Below, one piece after another: positions 17,444-27,170 of a DNA stretch of 64,000 nucleotides; within the stretch, counting starts at the first letter, position 1; each line of letters opens with the position of its first letter. Below the pieces are notes generated by a model, which had not been told where the DNA came from, did no database searches, and worked only from the letters and a program-made list of their open reading frames with translations. A program made the position numbers and the translations under genes. The stretch comes from a virus (Duplodnaviria; Caudoviricetes). The DNA lies in the IMG/VR virus record IMGVR_UViG_2974753753_000001, positions 2,809 to 66,808 of that record. The stretch is one strand, 5' to 3'.

Positions 17444-17878
17444 ATGGCCGACCGTAAGCTCGTCACATATGTGATGCTGCGCGAGCCCGGCGCCACGTCC
17501 ATGTCCACCTTCGGTCCCGGCGACGAGCTGCCGGACTGGGCCGAGAAGATGGTCGAGGGGAAGGACCATCTCTTCGAGGCTCAGGACACGGCCGATCGCG
17601 CTCGCGCGGTCAGTCAGCCGCGTCCGGCCGAGCGAGACCTCGCCGACAAGGACTACGCTCCGGGCATCGGCCCGGGTCGTGAGCCCGCGGCCAGCGAGGA
17701 GGGCGATTCGCAGCTCGTCGACATCGACACGGTGCCGGAGCCGCCGAAGGGCAACGCCTCGCGCGAGGCCTGGGCCCTGTTCGCCGAGCACCCGGCGGTC
17801 GGCGTCCCCGTCACCCCCGACATGGGTCGTGACGACATCAAGGACGCCTGCATCGACGCCGGGTACGTCGAGGCATAG
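17444..17878 (+). CDS. Hypothetical virion-region protein
   Basis: FGPGDELPDWA and PPKGNASREAW motifs. Confidence 0.7.
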   Translation: MADRKLVTYVMLREPGATSMSTFGPGDELPDWAEKMVEGKDHLFEAQDTADRARAVSQPRPAERDLADKDYAPGIGPGREPAASEEGDSQLVDIDTVPEPPKGNASREAWALFAEHPAVGVPVTPDMGRDDIKDACIDAGYVEA

Positions 17879-17917
17879 CACGAACCGAGAGGCCCGACCC
17901 AGGAAGAGGAGGATGGC

Positions 17918-18373
17918 GTGGCCGCACTGGCAAAGTTTGACAACGTACAGCGCGGCTTCGAGAAGCCCATCCCCGCAACTCTAAAACCCAAGGTGGAGGA
18001 GTTCCTCGGTCGGGCCTCTCGGCGTCTGCACTTCCTGGTCCCGAAGCTCGAAGCCTCGCTGGCCAAGTCCTACGCCGAGAGCGACTACGACCCCGAGGCA
18101 CCCGAAAGCGACGACAACGAGATCCCGCTCGTCGCCGGGTTCGTCCGGGACATGGTCGTCGAGGCCGCCGAGGTCAAGCTCCGCAATTTCTCCGGCTACA
18201 GCTCGGAGTCGGCGGGTGTGTTCTCGGTGACTCGCGAGGACTACTGGGCCAAGGGTCGCGTCGTCTTCAGCGCCGAGGATCTGGAGCTGCTTAACCAGCG
18301 CATCGACGAGACCTTCGGCGAGACGATCACCGGACCCATCGCCACGCGCGTCCCGGCCCACCGGTGGCCCTGA
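17918..18373 (+). CDS. Head-to-tail adaptor
   Basis: Synteny; LRNFSGYSSESAGVFS. Confidence 0.7.
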   Translation: MAALAKFDNVQRGFEKPIPATLKPKVEEFLGRASRRLHFLVPKLEASLAKSYAESDYDPEAPESDDNEIPLVAGFVRDMVVEAAEVKLRNFSGYSSESAGVFSVTREDYWAKGRVVFSAEDLELLNQRIDETFGETITGPIATRVPAHRWP

Positions 18374-18777
18374 TGATCGGGATGAACGCCTGGATCGGTG
18401 GCGTCGACGTCGAGGTCTGGTCCGAGCCGAACTCGCAGCAGGGAGACTCCTGGGGCGACAAGAAGGCTCAGGTCAAGCTGTTCACCCTGGAGAGCGTTCC
18501 CTGGGTGCCGCGCACGACCACCATGGCCACCAACGACAGCTTCCGTGAGCGGATCGAGAGCGGCTACACCGCGTACCTCTCCGCTGACGACATCGCGAAG
18601 CTCCGCGAGAACTACGAGTTCCGCGTGACCTTCCCGACCGGCCAGCAGGCGGCGTTCGCGCTCGACGGCTCGCTCGAAGGCCTCATGTGGGACCAGAACC
18701 CGCTCTCCAGCATCGACCTCGGGAACGAGGTCAACTTCAAGTTCCTCCGCAGGATCGGTACCAGAAGTGGCGTCTAG
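18373..18777 (+). CDS. Probable head-to-tail stopper
   Basis: TGATG coupling; synteny. Confidence 0.55.
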   Translation: MIGMNAWIGGVDVEVWSEPNSQQGDSWGDKKAQVKLFTLESVPWVPRTTTMATNDSFRERIESGYTAYLSADDIAKLRENYEFRVTFPTGQQAAFALDGSLEGLMWDQNPLSSIDLGNEVNFKFLRRIGTRSGV

Positions 18778-19117
18778 CAAGCTCTTTCGTACCGGGTACG
18801 AAGAAGACATCAAGGGATTCGGCCAGCTCCTCCGGCGGTCGAAGCCACTCGACCGAGCGCTGCGCTACTCCGCGGTCCAGATCGCCTGGTACTACCGGCG
18901 CAAGTACCCCCGGTCGAACGAGGGAGGCGCCCCGTCGGCCGACCAGGTCACCGTGATCAAGCGCGTGCCCGGAGGCCGGAGGAAAGACCGCATGGAGATG
19001 CGGATCGTTGCGAGGAACCAGAAGAATTGGAAGGAGATGTCGGAGACCTTCCGCGGCGCACTGGTGCATACTTCCGGCGGCCGGAAGATCAGCCGACGAG
19101 GGAGGGTCTCAGGATGA
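18767..19117 (+). CDS. Basic head-tail joining region protein
   Basis: Synteny; overlaps at both ends. Confidence 0.6.
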   Translation: MASSKLFRTGYEEDIKGFGQLLRRSKPLDRALRYSAVQIAWYYRRKYPRSNEGGAPSADQVTVIKRVPGGRRKDRMEMRIVARNQKNWKEMSETFRGALVHTSGGRKISRRGRVSG

Positions 19118-19629
19118 CGTGGACACAGCCGACGCTCGATCAGCTCATCGAGGTCACCAAGGAGCGAGTCCCGGGCTTCAACAGCGACTTCCCCGAGGGA
19201 GTGACCTACCCAGACATCGAGAAGCTGTTCGCCTCGGTGCTGCGCCCCCTGGTCGAGAAGGACAGCCACATCGGCAACTTCGTCATCTCCGACTACGACC
19301 AGGACAAGGTCGACGAGCAGACCGGCGAAGTGGTCGACGGGCCCTTCATCGAGATCCATCGCCGCGGGGGAGAGTATGACCCCGACGACTTTTCGTACTC
19401 CCCGAATGTGGAGGTACTGTTCTGGGGGAAGTCGAGGTCGGTGGCGAACGACACCGCTGGTCTGGGGACGATCCTGCTCCTCGGGTGCGGCGGCGCCGAA
19501 GTCGACGGCATCCAGCTCGATTTCGTCGAGGACGCAACGGGAGACGAAGAGGTCCGTCAGAACAACTTCGACGACCGTTGCGTGACAAGACAATTCCGAA
19601 CCGGATACCGACCCATCTACCCCGACTGA
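19114..19629 (+). CDS. Tail terminator
   Basis: ATGA overlap; PFIEIHRRGG; precedes major tail. Confidence 0.65.
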   Translation: MTWTQPTLDQLIEVTKERVPGFNSDFPEGVTYPDIEKLFASVLRPLVEKDSHIGNFVISDYDQDKVDEQTGEVVDGPFIEIHRRGGEYDPDDFSYSPNVEVLFWGKSRSVANDTAGLGTILLLGCGGAEVDGIQLDFVEDATGDEEVRQNNFDDRCVTRQFRTGYRPIYPD

Positions 19630-19659
19630 GTCGGGACCGAAGATAAAGGAGTAGGGCAG

Positions 19660-20343
19660 ATGCCTTCGTTCCAGACCCTCGCCAAGCGACAGGGTGAGCT
19701 GATCCGCAAGCCGCTCGCAGGCGTCATCGCCACTGCGCCCGAGGACTTTGTCCTGGATGCCGAGTTCAAGCTCACCACGCTGGCCGCTGGCGGCGCGATC
19801 GAGCTGACCGAGCTGGACGATTGGGACCAGCTCGGATGGGTCTCGAAGTCCGACGGCGTCGTGTTCGCCGCCGACACCGAGACCAGCGACATCGAGTCCT
19901 GGGGTGCTCTGGAGCCGACCCGCTCCGACATCACCAAGGACGTCACCTCGGCACAGTTCACCTGCCAGGAGACGAACAAGATCGTCCTGGAGATGTTCTA
20001 CAACGTCGACCTGGAGACGGTCTTCGGCGACTTCGACACCGGTGAGGTCGACTTCAACCAGTCGGCCGAGCCGACCACCACCTACCGCCGGATGCTGTTC
20101 CTCTCGAAGGACGGCAGCGGCAACAAGGAGGTGTTCATCGGCAAGCTCATGCCGCGGGCGAACGTCTCGGCCAAGAGCGATCAGAACTGGAACTCCGAGG
20201 ACGCGCTCGTCCACGGTATGACGGTCAACGCCAAGGTCGACGACGAGCTGGGCTACGCCGTCCGGCACATGTTCGGCGGCGCCGGGTGGAAGGCGCAGCT
20301 CACCAAGATGGGCTTCACCCTCGCGCCCGACCCCACCCCGTAG
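19660..20343 (+). CDS. Major tail protein
   Basis: LGWVSKSDGV...IESWGALEPTRSDIT..F..QETN. Confidence 0.85.
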   Translation: MPSFQTLAKRQGELIRKPLAGVIATAPEDFVLDAEFKLTTLAAGGAIELTELDDWDQLGWVSKSDGVVFAADTETSDIESWGALEPTRSDITKDVTSAQFTCQETNKIVLEMFYNVDLETVFGDFDTGEVDFNQSAEPTTTYRRMLFLSKDGSGNKEVFIGKLMPRANVSAKSDQNWNSEDALVHGMTVNAKVDDELGYAVRHMFGGAGWKAQLTKMGFTLAPDPTP

Positions 20344-20347
20344 GACC

Positions 20348-20390
20348 CCGGCCCGGCTCACTCTTCCTCCCCGGTAGTGAGCCGGGCCGG
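20348..20390 (+). terminator. Strong hairpin after the major tail gene
   Basis: 15-bp inverted repeat CCGGCCCGGCTCACT / AGTGAGCCGGGCCGG; no U-tract. Confidence 0.55.
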
Positions 20391-20428
20391 ACCCCACCGG
20401 GGAGTCAGATTTTCAGAAGGAGAACACC

Positions 20429-20839
20429 ATGTCGTTTAACGCCGTCAAGCTCGTTCACCCGAAGACCGGCGTCGTCGTCACGGCGACCACCGCGGTCGAC
20501 CTCACCAACTTCCGCTTCAACGACGGCTACGTGCCGGTCGACACCGCGAAGGTGCTCGTCGGTTCCGAGGACGGCGAGCGGAAGTACCCCAAGCTCGCCG
20601 AGGGCCTGAAGGTCGTCGAGGAGATGGAGTCCGCGGAGAAGGGCGACGAGCCCGCCGAGGACGCACCCGCTGCCGACGCCGCGGCCACCACCGACACGAC
20701 CGAGACGAAGGGCGACGACACCAAGTCGGCCGACGCCGAGGTAGCCTCGACTTCGTCGAAGACCGGCCGCACGGCCAAGGGCTCGACCGCCGCCAAGAGC
20801 GGCACGGATGCGACCGGCCAGCAGGTCGGCGTCAACTAG
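20429..20839 (+). CDS. Hypothetical protein
   Basis: AAGGAGA RBS; strong codon bias. Confidence 0.75.
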   Translation: MSFNAVKLVHPKTGVVVTATTAVDLTNFRFNDGYVPVDTAKVLVGSEDGERKYPKLAEGLKVVEEMESAEKGDEPAEDAPAADAAATTDTTETKGDDTKSADAEVASTSSKTGRTAKGSTAAKSGTDATGQQVGVN

Positions 20840-20862
20840 TCGAACTACCGGGGAGGTAGACA

Positions 20863-21177
20863 GTGGGAACCAGTTTCGAGTCGCTTGTCTCTCGCGCGCA
20901 GAAGCGCAACAAGGGCAAGAACCGGAAGCCGTTCGTCCTGGAGATCCAGGACGACGATCCGATCACCATCGCGTATCCCGATGCGGTCAAGTCGATGGAG
21001 TACGAGGCGGCCACCACGGTCCGGGAGCAGATCCGGATCCTGGCTGGCGCCGACTACCCCCGGCTGATGGACCTGTTCCGCGGGGAGGACATCTCCGTGG
21101 TCCAGATCCTCCTCACCGAGATGTGGGATCAGTGGAACGACGACTCGCATGACGTGCCAGGGGGAAAAGAGGTCTGA
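20863..21177 (+). CDS. Tail assembly chaperone (short form)
   Basis: GGAGG RBS; ends at slippery GGGGGAAAA. Confidence 0.85.
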   Translation: MGTSFESLVSRAQKRNKGKNRKPFVLEIQDDDPITIAYPDAVKSMEYEAATTVREQIRILAGADYPRLMDLFRGEDISVVQILLTEMWDQWNDDSHDVPGGKEV

Positions 21178-21674
21178 TCGACCTCTTCGACCAGTACGGT
21201 CGAGACATCCTCCTGGACTTTCGTGAGCACTGGAATGGCCTGGACGTCCTGGATTACTTCGACGGCACCCGCTCGTGGTTCGAGTTCTACGAGTTCCTCA
21301 ACGGGTTGCCGCCGCACTCCAGGGTCCAGGCCAAACTGGCTCTCGACCCAGAGATCGCCGCGGTCATCAAGAAGCGTCGCGAGGACGCCGAGGCCGACGA
21401 CGACGAGGATGACGAGGACGACGAGGGCGAAGCAGGCTGGAACCCCCAGACCCGCTCGCAAGAAGGCTTCACACCGGTCATCGCGACGCTCTACACGGTG
21501 CTCGAAGCCATCAACGAGATCCCCCGCACGCTGATCGCGGTCAATGGCCGCAAGCCACCGCGGGCTCAGAAGATCCCCCGGCCGGTCAGCGCGCTGGACA
21601 TCCTCGAACTCGAAGACGAACGAGACGACATGGCCGATCTCTCGTCCAGGTTTGGCCTTCGCAAGCCGAGCTGA
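20863..21674 (+). CDS. Tail assembly chaperone, -1 frameshifted long form
   Basis: GGGGGAAAA at 21160-21168; the -1 frame is open (RGLIDLFDQYGRDILLDF...) to TGA21674. Confidence 0.85.
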
Positions 21675-21699
21675 GCTAGGATCGGAATCGCCTACCGAG

Positions 21700-21735
21700 A
21701 GGGCACCAGGGAACGGAAACCCCTGGTGCCCTTTC
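21700..21735 (+). terminator. Hairpin/attenuator before the tape measure gene
   Basis: AGGGCACCAGGG-loop-CCCTGGTGCCCT followed by TTC. Confidence 0.5.
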
Positions 21736-21761
21736 GCACATTCGGAGAGGGGTGAGACGGC

Positions 21762-24700
21762 GTGGCGAAGACCTTCCTGGTCGGTGAAGGCGCCGTCCGG
21801 CTCATCCCGAACGCTGCCGGATTCCACGTCAAAGCCCGAAAGGCGATCAAGGAGGGTGGCGGCCTCAACGTCGGCGTCGACCTCCGGCCGGAGACGAAGG
21901 CCTTCCGCCAGGAGGCGCGCACCCGGCTCCAATCGGTCAAGCTCACCCACGACGTGAAGCTGCGCGCTGACGTCACCGGGTTCAGCCGAGACGCGCAGGC
22001 CAAGATCGCCGCCACCCGCAATCTCTCGGCCAACGTCAACCTGAAGGCCACCCTCGACAAGGGCTCGCTCCGCAGCGCATACGACGCCGCGCGACTCCTT
22101 CTCGCTTCGTGGGGTCCGCTGCACGTCTCGATCAAGGCCAGCGTGGATGACGCCGACCTCCGGCGGGCCCTGGAGCAGATGCGCGTCCGGGTCGAATCCG
22201 CACGGATCACGGCGAACATCCGGAGTCGCGACCGAGGCGGAATCGGCGGGGGTATCGGTGGCGGTGGCGGTAGCGGAGGCGGTGGTGGGGGCCGACCCCT
22301 GCGCACGGCCGCGCGCACCACCGCGGTGATCGCAGCCCCCATTGTCACCCAGGCCGCGCTCGGCGGTCTCACCGCGCTCGTCGGCGCCGCGTCGCAGGCC
22401 GCCGGAGCACTCGGACTCATCCCCGCGGCGGCGGTCGCCGCCGGAGCGGGCCTCGCCGCGGTGGCCATCGGCGCCGTCGGCATCGGAGGCGCCTTCTCCG
22501 CGCTCAGCGACGCCTCGGAACAGGCCGGGAGCGCGGTCACCCAGAGCGCCAGCCAGCAGGCCTCGGCGCAACGCCAGATCGCGCAGGCCGACCGCGGACT
22601 CGCCACTGCGCACCGCGGGGTCACCCGCGCGCTCGAAGACCTGAACAACGAGCGCCGCAATGCCGTTCGTCGCCTCCGCGACATGAACGACGAGCTGAAG
22701 ATGGCTCCGATCAACGAGCGCGAGGGAGCGCTCGCGATCAAGGAGAGCTACAAGCGGCTCCAAGAGGCCTATGCCTCCGGCGACGTCCTCGAAATCGAGG
22801 GTGCGCAGATCGACGTCGAGAAGTCGAAGCTCCAGTACGACCAGATCCGCAAGCAGAACTCGGACCTGGCCGCAGACGTCGCGATCGCGAACAAGAAGGG
22901 AGTCGAGGGAGACTCCCAGGTCATCGCGGCCAAGGACGGGGTCGTCGACGCCAACAACGCACTCATCGATGCGCAGGACGCGCTCACCTCGGCGATGGAG
23001 TCCGCGGCCGAAGCCACGAAGCAGATGGCCGCCGGGACCGACAAGCTCGCACAGGCGATGGCGAAGCTCTCCCCCAACGCGCAGGACTTCGTCCGGAAGA
23101 TCCACGCGCTCGGCCCGGCATGGACCGAGACGCGAAAGTTCATCCAGGACAACCTGTTTGCTCATCTCGGCGACTCCGTCACCCGACTGGCCGGAGTCCA
23201 GCTCCCGGTGCTCCGGACCGGGCTGGCGGGCATCGCCTCCGAGATCAACCTCGGCGTGCGCGGCGCGCTGGCGACCTTCTCCACCGAGATGGCCGCCGCC
23301 GACTTCACGACCACGCTGGAGAACACCCGACAGATGTGGGCCGGGATCGGGCAGAGCTTCGCCCCGTTCTCGCAGGCCTTCATGAACGTCGCGACCGTCG
23401 GCTCGGAGTTCATGCCCCGGCTCGGCACCGCGGTCGCGAACATGGCCAACGAGTTCAAGCAGTTCACCGACGGAGCCCGGGCCGACGGATCGATGCAGGA
23501 GTTCTTCGAGAACTCCCTGACCATGGCCAAGCAGCTCGGTCGCATTCTGGCCAACGTCGGAGCCATTGTCGGCGAGGTCTTCTCGGCCGGAGCCGAGGTC
23601 GGCGGGGGCTTCCTCAATACCATCGAGACCGCGACCGGCGAGCTGCGCGAGTTCCTCGGGTCGGCCGAGGGCCAGACCGCGCTCACCACCTTCTTCGAGG
23701 GTGTCCGCGTCGCCGTGCAGACTCTCGCTCCCATCATCCAGATCGTCGCGTCGACGATCCTCACCGTGCTCGGGCCCGCACTGACCGACCTCGTCATCGG
23801 GCTCGGCCCGGGCCTGGTCGCCATGTTCGAGGGGCTCTCGGTCGGCCTCGCGGCGATCCAGCCAGTGATGCAGGTCGTCGGCCAGGCCATCGGCACCATC
23901 GGCGTCGAGCTGGGCGAGGTCTTCAAGGTCATCGGCCCGGTCATCGCCGAGACCCTGTCCGCGCTCGCACCGGCGGTCCAGCCGCTCGCGCAGGCATTCG
24001 GCTCCCTGATCACCGCGGTGGCGCCGATCCTGCCGCTGCTCGCGCAGCTCGTCGCGCAGCTCGTCGGCGCGCTGGCGCCGGTCCTAACCACTCTCTTCGA
24101 CGCGCTCGCCCCGGTCATCTCGCAGCTCGTCGAGGCCCTGATGCCGGTCATCCCCCCGCTCGCGGAGGTGCTCGGCCGACTCGCCGGTGTGTTCGGCGAG
24201 ATCATCGCGACGCTGCTCGGCGCGCTCGGACCGGTCCTCGTCGACCTGGTGAACACCTTCATGGACCTGATCGTGCAGGTCATGCCGTTCACCAACCTGC
24301 TCCTCGACCTCGTAGCCGAGGTGCTCCCGGCCTTCGCGTCGATCCTGACCGAGATCCTCCCGCTGCTTCCGGCGCTCGTCCAGCCGCTTGTCGAGCTGGC
24401 CATGGCCGTGCTGCCGAAGCTGCTCCCGGTGTTCCAGGCGCTCGTGCCGATCATCGGCGAGGTCATGAAGTTCATCGCGGGCATCATCTCGTGGGCCATC
24501 CGCGAAGTGATCGTCCCCGTAATCACCTGGCTCTCAACGCCTTTGGAGAACATCGGCCGCGTCTTCGGCTGGCTGTGGAACGAGGCGATCAAGCCAGCCT
24601 GGGACGGGATCACCAACGCGATCTCGTGGGGCTGGGAGAACCTGATCTCCCCGGCTTTCGACGCGCTCCAGACCGGGATTTCGCGCGTCGGCGACTTCTT

Positions 24701-27170
24701 CTCCGATGTCGTCGACGGCATCCAAGTTGCCTGGGGCCGACTGCAATCCGCGGCCTCGACCCCGATCAACTGGGTGATCAACCACGTGATCAACGGCGGT
24801 ATCGGCCGGGCGTGGAAGGCCGTCGACAACTTCCTCGGCGGGCACCTGCCGGACTGGGTCGACGTCAGCCCGATCGGGATGGCCGTCGGCGGCGAGGTCC
24901 CCATGGCCAAGGGTGCCGAGCGGGGCAAGGACTCGGTCCGCATCCTGGGTATGCCGGGCGAGCACATGTGGGACGTCGAAGACGTTCATCGCGCCGGTGG
25001 CCAGAAGGCGATGTACCGGATGCGTGACATGGTCATGCGCGGGGAGCCGTTCACCTGGACCCCCGGCGGCCTGGCCGCGGCGACCGGCGACGGCGCGCTG
25101 CCGCGCTACGCCAAGGGTGGCGAACTGTCGGCGGGTGACAAGCTCTCCCCGCTCCCGGGCGAGGGAGGCCTCCAGCCGATCGCGCAGCTCATGGCGCGCA
25201 TCATCAAGGGCACCTGGCCCAAGACAGTCTCGTCCATCGGCGGGTACCGGCCGCCGGACGGCTACAACGAGCACTCGTCCGGTCGCGCGCTCGACGTCAT
25301 GGTGACCGAGCTGGGAGGCAAGACCGGCGACGAGGTCACCGACTTCTCGATGGCGAACCACAAGAACTACCCGGTGAACTGGACCATCTGGAAGCAGATG
25401 ATGCACTACCCGCCGGACGGTCGCACCGAGGGGATGGACGACCGAGGGTCGCCGACGCAGAACCACATGGACCACCCGCACATCTTCTACTCGGAGAACC
25501 AGAAGGGGCCGATCAACCCCAACGTGATGCCCGACAACATCGCGTTCGGCGGGGTCACCGATGCCGGTGTGCGCAAGGGCATCACGGCCTGGGCCGAGAA
25601 GGCGTTCAACACTGCGCTCGCCCCGGTGAAGAAGCTCCTCGACTCCGCGGCGTTCAACCCGCCGCCGGAGATCAAGGCGACCCCGCGCGAGCTGTACAAG
25701 GGTGTCGTTCAGCCCGCTAAGGAGAAGCTCCTCGACAAGGTGTCGGAGCTGACCTCCATGGAGGGCTGGAAGAACATGCTCGGCGGCGCCGTGGACAAGG
25801 TCCGCAAGGGTGCTGGCGGTCTCCTCGGCGGGATCGCGAAGCTGTTCGACACCGGTGGCGTCGTCCGGCCGGGCACCACCGTGGTCCAGAACGACACCGG
25901 CCAGGACGAGTACCTGCTCAACCCGCTCGACACGCTGATGCTGCGCGGGCTGATCGGCGCGCTCCGCGGCATCGGCATCAACCCGAAGATCGAGCAGCAG
26001 GCGCCGCTGACCCCCGAGGGCACCGGGCCCGCAGACGTCAATATCGCTGGCGTCGGCGGCCAGTCGACGACCCCGGGAGAGCTGCCCGTTCCGCAGCAGG
26101 AGGAGATCAAGCCGCCGACGGCTCAGGATCTCGACGGTGGGCTGGCGGGGACCGGCTCCGGCGCCGCGACGATCCCGCTGAAGCGCAATCCCGACGGCAC
26201 CTACACCTCGACCGACCCCGAATGGGCCAAGCTCATCCAGCGGGAGTCCGGGGGCGACCCCACGGTCACCCAGAAGGTCACCGACGTCAACTCCGGCGGC
26301 AACGAGGCGTCGGGCTTGTTCCAGATCGCCAAGGGCACCTGGGCCTCGAACGGCGGCACGAAGTACGCGCCGACGGCGGGCCAGGCTACCCCCGAACAGC
26401 AGGCCGAGATCGCCGCGAAGATCTTCAACGATCAGGGTGGCTCTCCCTGGGGGTCCGGGGCTGGCCAGAACTTCGGCCGCGAGGACGAGGCGTTGCTGCG
26501 CGCGGGCATCCGCCCCGCCACCCCGGCGGGCACGAAGGACGACCCGGTCGCGGTCACCGTCGACACCCCGTCGGCCGACCCGTCGAAGGACTGGCCGACC
26601 ACCGCGGAGACCGCACCCGGCGACAAGACCGGCTCGGCGTATGGCCAGAACCTCCAGGGTGCGGCGATCGGTCCGGACGGGCAGTACAAGCCGGACCGGA
26701 ACGTCACCCCGGGACCGAGCGGCACAGCGGCGCAGAAGCCGATGTTCATCAACCCCTTCGACACCTTCGAGGGCAAGATCGGGCAGAGCTTCGCCGAGCA
26801 CACCCCGCTCGGGATCGGCGGTCCGCAGGTCTCCAAGCTCGCCGAGAAGGCTCCGGCCATCACCGAGCTGGCCAACGGCGTCGCGCAGAACATCCCGGCC
26901 TACGCCGCCGCGCTGGCAGGCAATCCGGCCATGCTCGCTGAGAAGGTCGCTACGGCCACCGGCGCCTGGGCCACGAAAACCGCGACCGACTTCGCGAGCT
27001 ACATCCCCGAGAACGCCGGGGGCATGGTCGAGTCGCTGCTGTCCGCAGCCGCGGGCCCGCTGATTGGTACGGTGAACACCGGCCTGAGCAAGGATGACTT
27101 GACGTCAACCATGGAGGACGTCCAGAACCGGCAGATCAGGCGAACCAAGACCGGGCGACGGAGGATCTGA
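21762..27170 (+). CDS. Tape measure protein with C-terminal peptidase-like and Rpf/lytic transglycosylase-like domains
   Basis: 1802 aa, Ala/Leu-rich amphipathic repeats; EHSSGRALDV..NHMDHPHI; WAKLIQRESGG..GLFQI..TW..ATPEQQ..QGGSPW. Confidence 0.95.
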   Translation: MAKTFLVGEGAVRLIPNAAGFHVKARKAIKEGGGLNVGVDLRPETKAFRQEARTRLQSVKLTHDVKLRADVTGFSRDAQAKIAATRNLSANVNLKATLDKGSLRSAYDAARLLLASWGPLHVSIKASVDDADLRRALEQMRVRVESARITANIRSRDRGGIGGGIGGGGGSGGGGGGRPLRTAARTTAVIAAPIVTQAALGGLTALVGAASQAAGALGLIPAAAVAAGAGLAAVAIGAVGIGGAFSALSDASEQAGSAVTQSASQQASAQRQIAQADRGLATAHRGVTRALEDLNNERRNAVRRLRDMNDELKMAPINEREGALAIKESYKRLQEAYASGDVLEIEGAQIDVEKSKLQYDQIRKQNSDLAADVAIANKKGVEGDSQVIAAKDGVVDANNALIDAQDALTSAMESAAEATKQMAAGTDKLAQAMAKLSPNAQDFVRKIHALGPAWTETRKFIQDNLFAHLGDSVTRLAGVQLPVLRTGLAGIASEINLGVRGALATFSTEMAAADFTTTLENTRQMWAGIGQSFAPFSQAFMNVATVGSEFMPRLGTAVANMANEFKQFTDGARADGSMQEFFENSLTMAKQLGRILANVGAIVGEVFSAGAEVGGGFLNTIETATGELREFLGSAEGQTALTTFFEGVRVAVQTLAPIIQIVASTILTVLGPALTDLVIGLGPGLVAMFEGLSVGLAAIQPVMQVVGQAIGTIGVELGEVFKVIGPVIAETLSALAPAVQPLAQAFGSLITAVAPILPLLAQLVAQLVGALAPVLTTLFDALAPVISQLVEALMPVIPPLAEVLGRLAGVFGEIIATLLGALGPVLVDLVNTFMDLIVQVMPFTNLLLDLVAEVLPAFASILTEILPLLPALVQPLVELAMAVLPKLLPVFQALVPIIGEVMKFIAGIISWAIREVIVPVITWLSTPLENIGRVFGWLWNEAIKPAWDGITNAISWGWENLISPAFDALQTGISRVGDFFSDVVDGIQVAWGRLQSAASTPINWVINHVINGGIGRAWKAVDNFLGGHLPDWVDVSPIGMAVGGEVPMAKGAERGKDSVRILGMPGEHMWDVEDVHRAGGQKAMYRMRDMVMRGEPFTWTPGGLAAATGDGALPRYAKGGELSAGDKLSPLPGEGGLQPIAQLMARIIKGTWPKTVSSIGGYRPPDGYNEHSSGRALDVMVTELGGKTGDEVTDFSMANHKNYPVNWTIWKQMMHYPPDGRTEGMDDRGSPTQNHMDHPHIFYSENQKGPINPNVMPDNIAFGGVTDAGVRKGITAWAEKAFNTALAPVKKLLDSAAFNPPPEIKATPRELYKGVVQPAKEKLLDKVSELTSMEGWKNMLGGAVDKVRKGAGGLLGGIAKLFDTGGVVRPGTTVVQNDTGQDEYLLNPLDTLMLRGLIGALRGIGINPKIEQQAPLTPEGTGPADVNIAGVGGQSTTPGELPVPQQEEIKPPTAQDLDGGLAGTGSGAATIPLKRNPDGTYTSTDPEWAKLIQRESGGDPTVTQKVTDVNSGGNEASGLFQIAKGTWASNGGTKYAPTAGQATPEQQAEIAAKIFNDQGGSPWGSGAGQNFGREDEALLRAGIRPATPAGTKDDPVAVTVDTPSADPSKDWPTTAETAPGDKTGSAYGQNLQGAAIGPDGQYKPDRNVTPGPSGTAAQKPMFINPFDTFEGKIGQSFAEHTPLGIGGPQVSKLAEKAPAITELANGVAQNIPAYAAALAGNPAMLAEKVATATGAWATKTATDFASYIPENAGGMVESLLSAAAGPLIGTVNTGLSKDDLTSTMEDVQNRQIRRTKTGRRRI

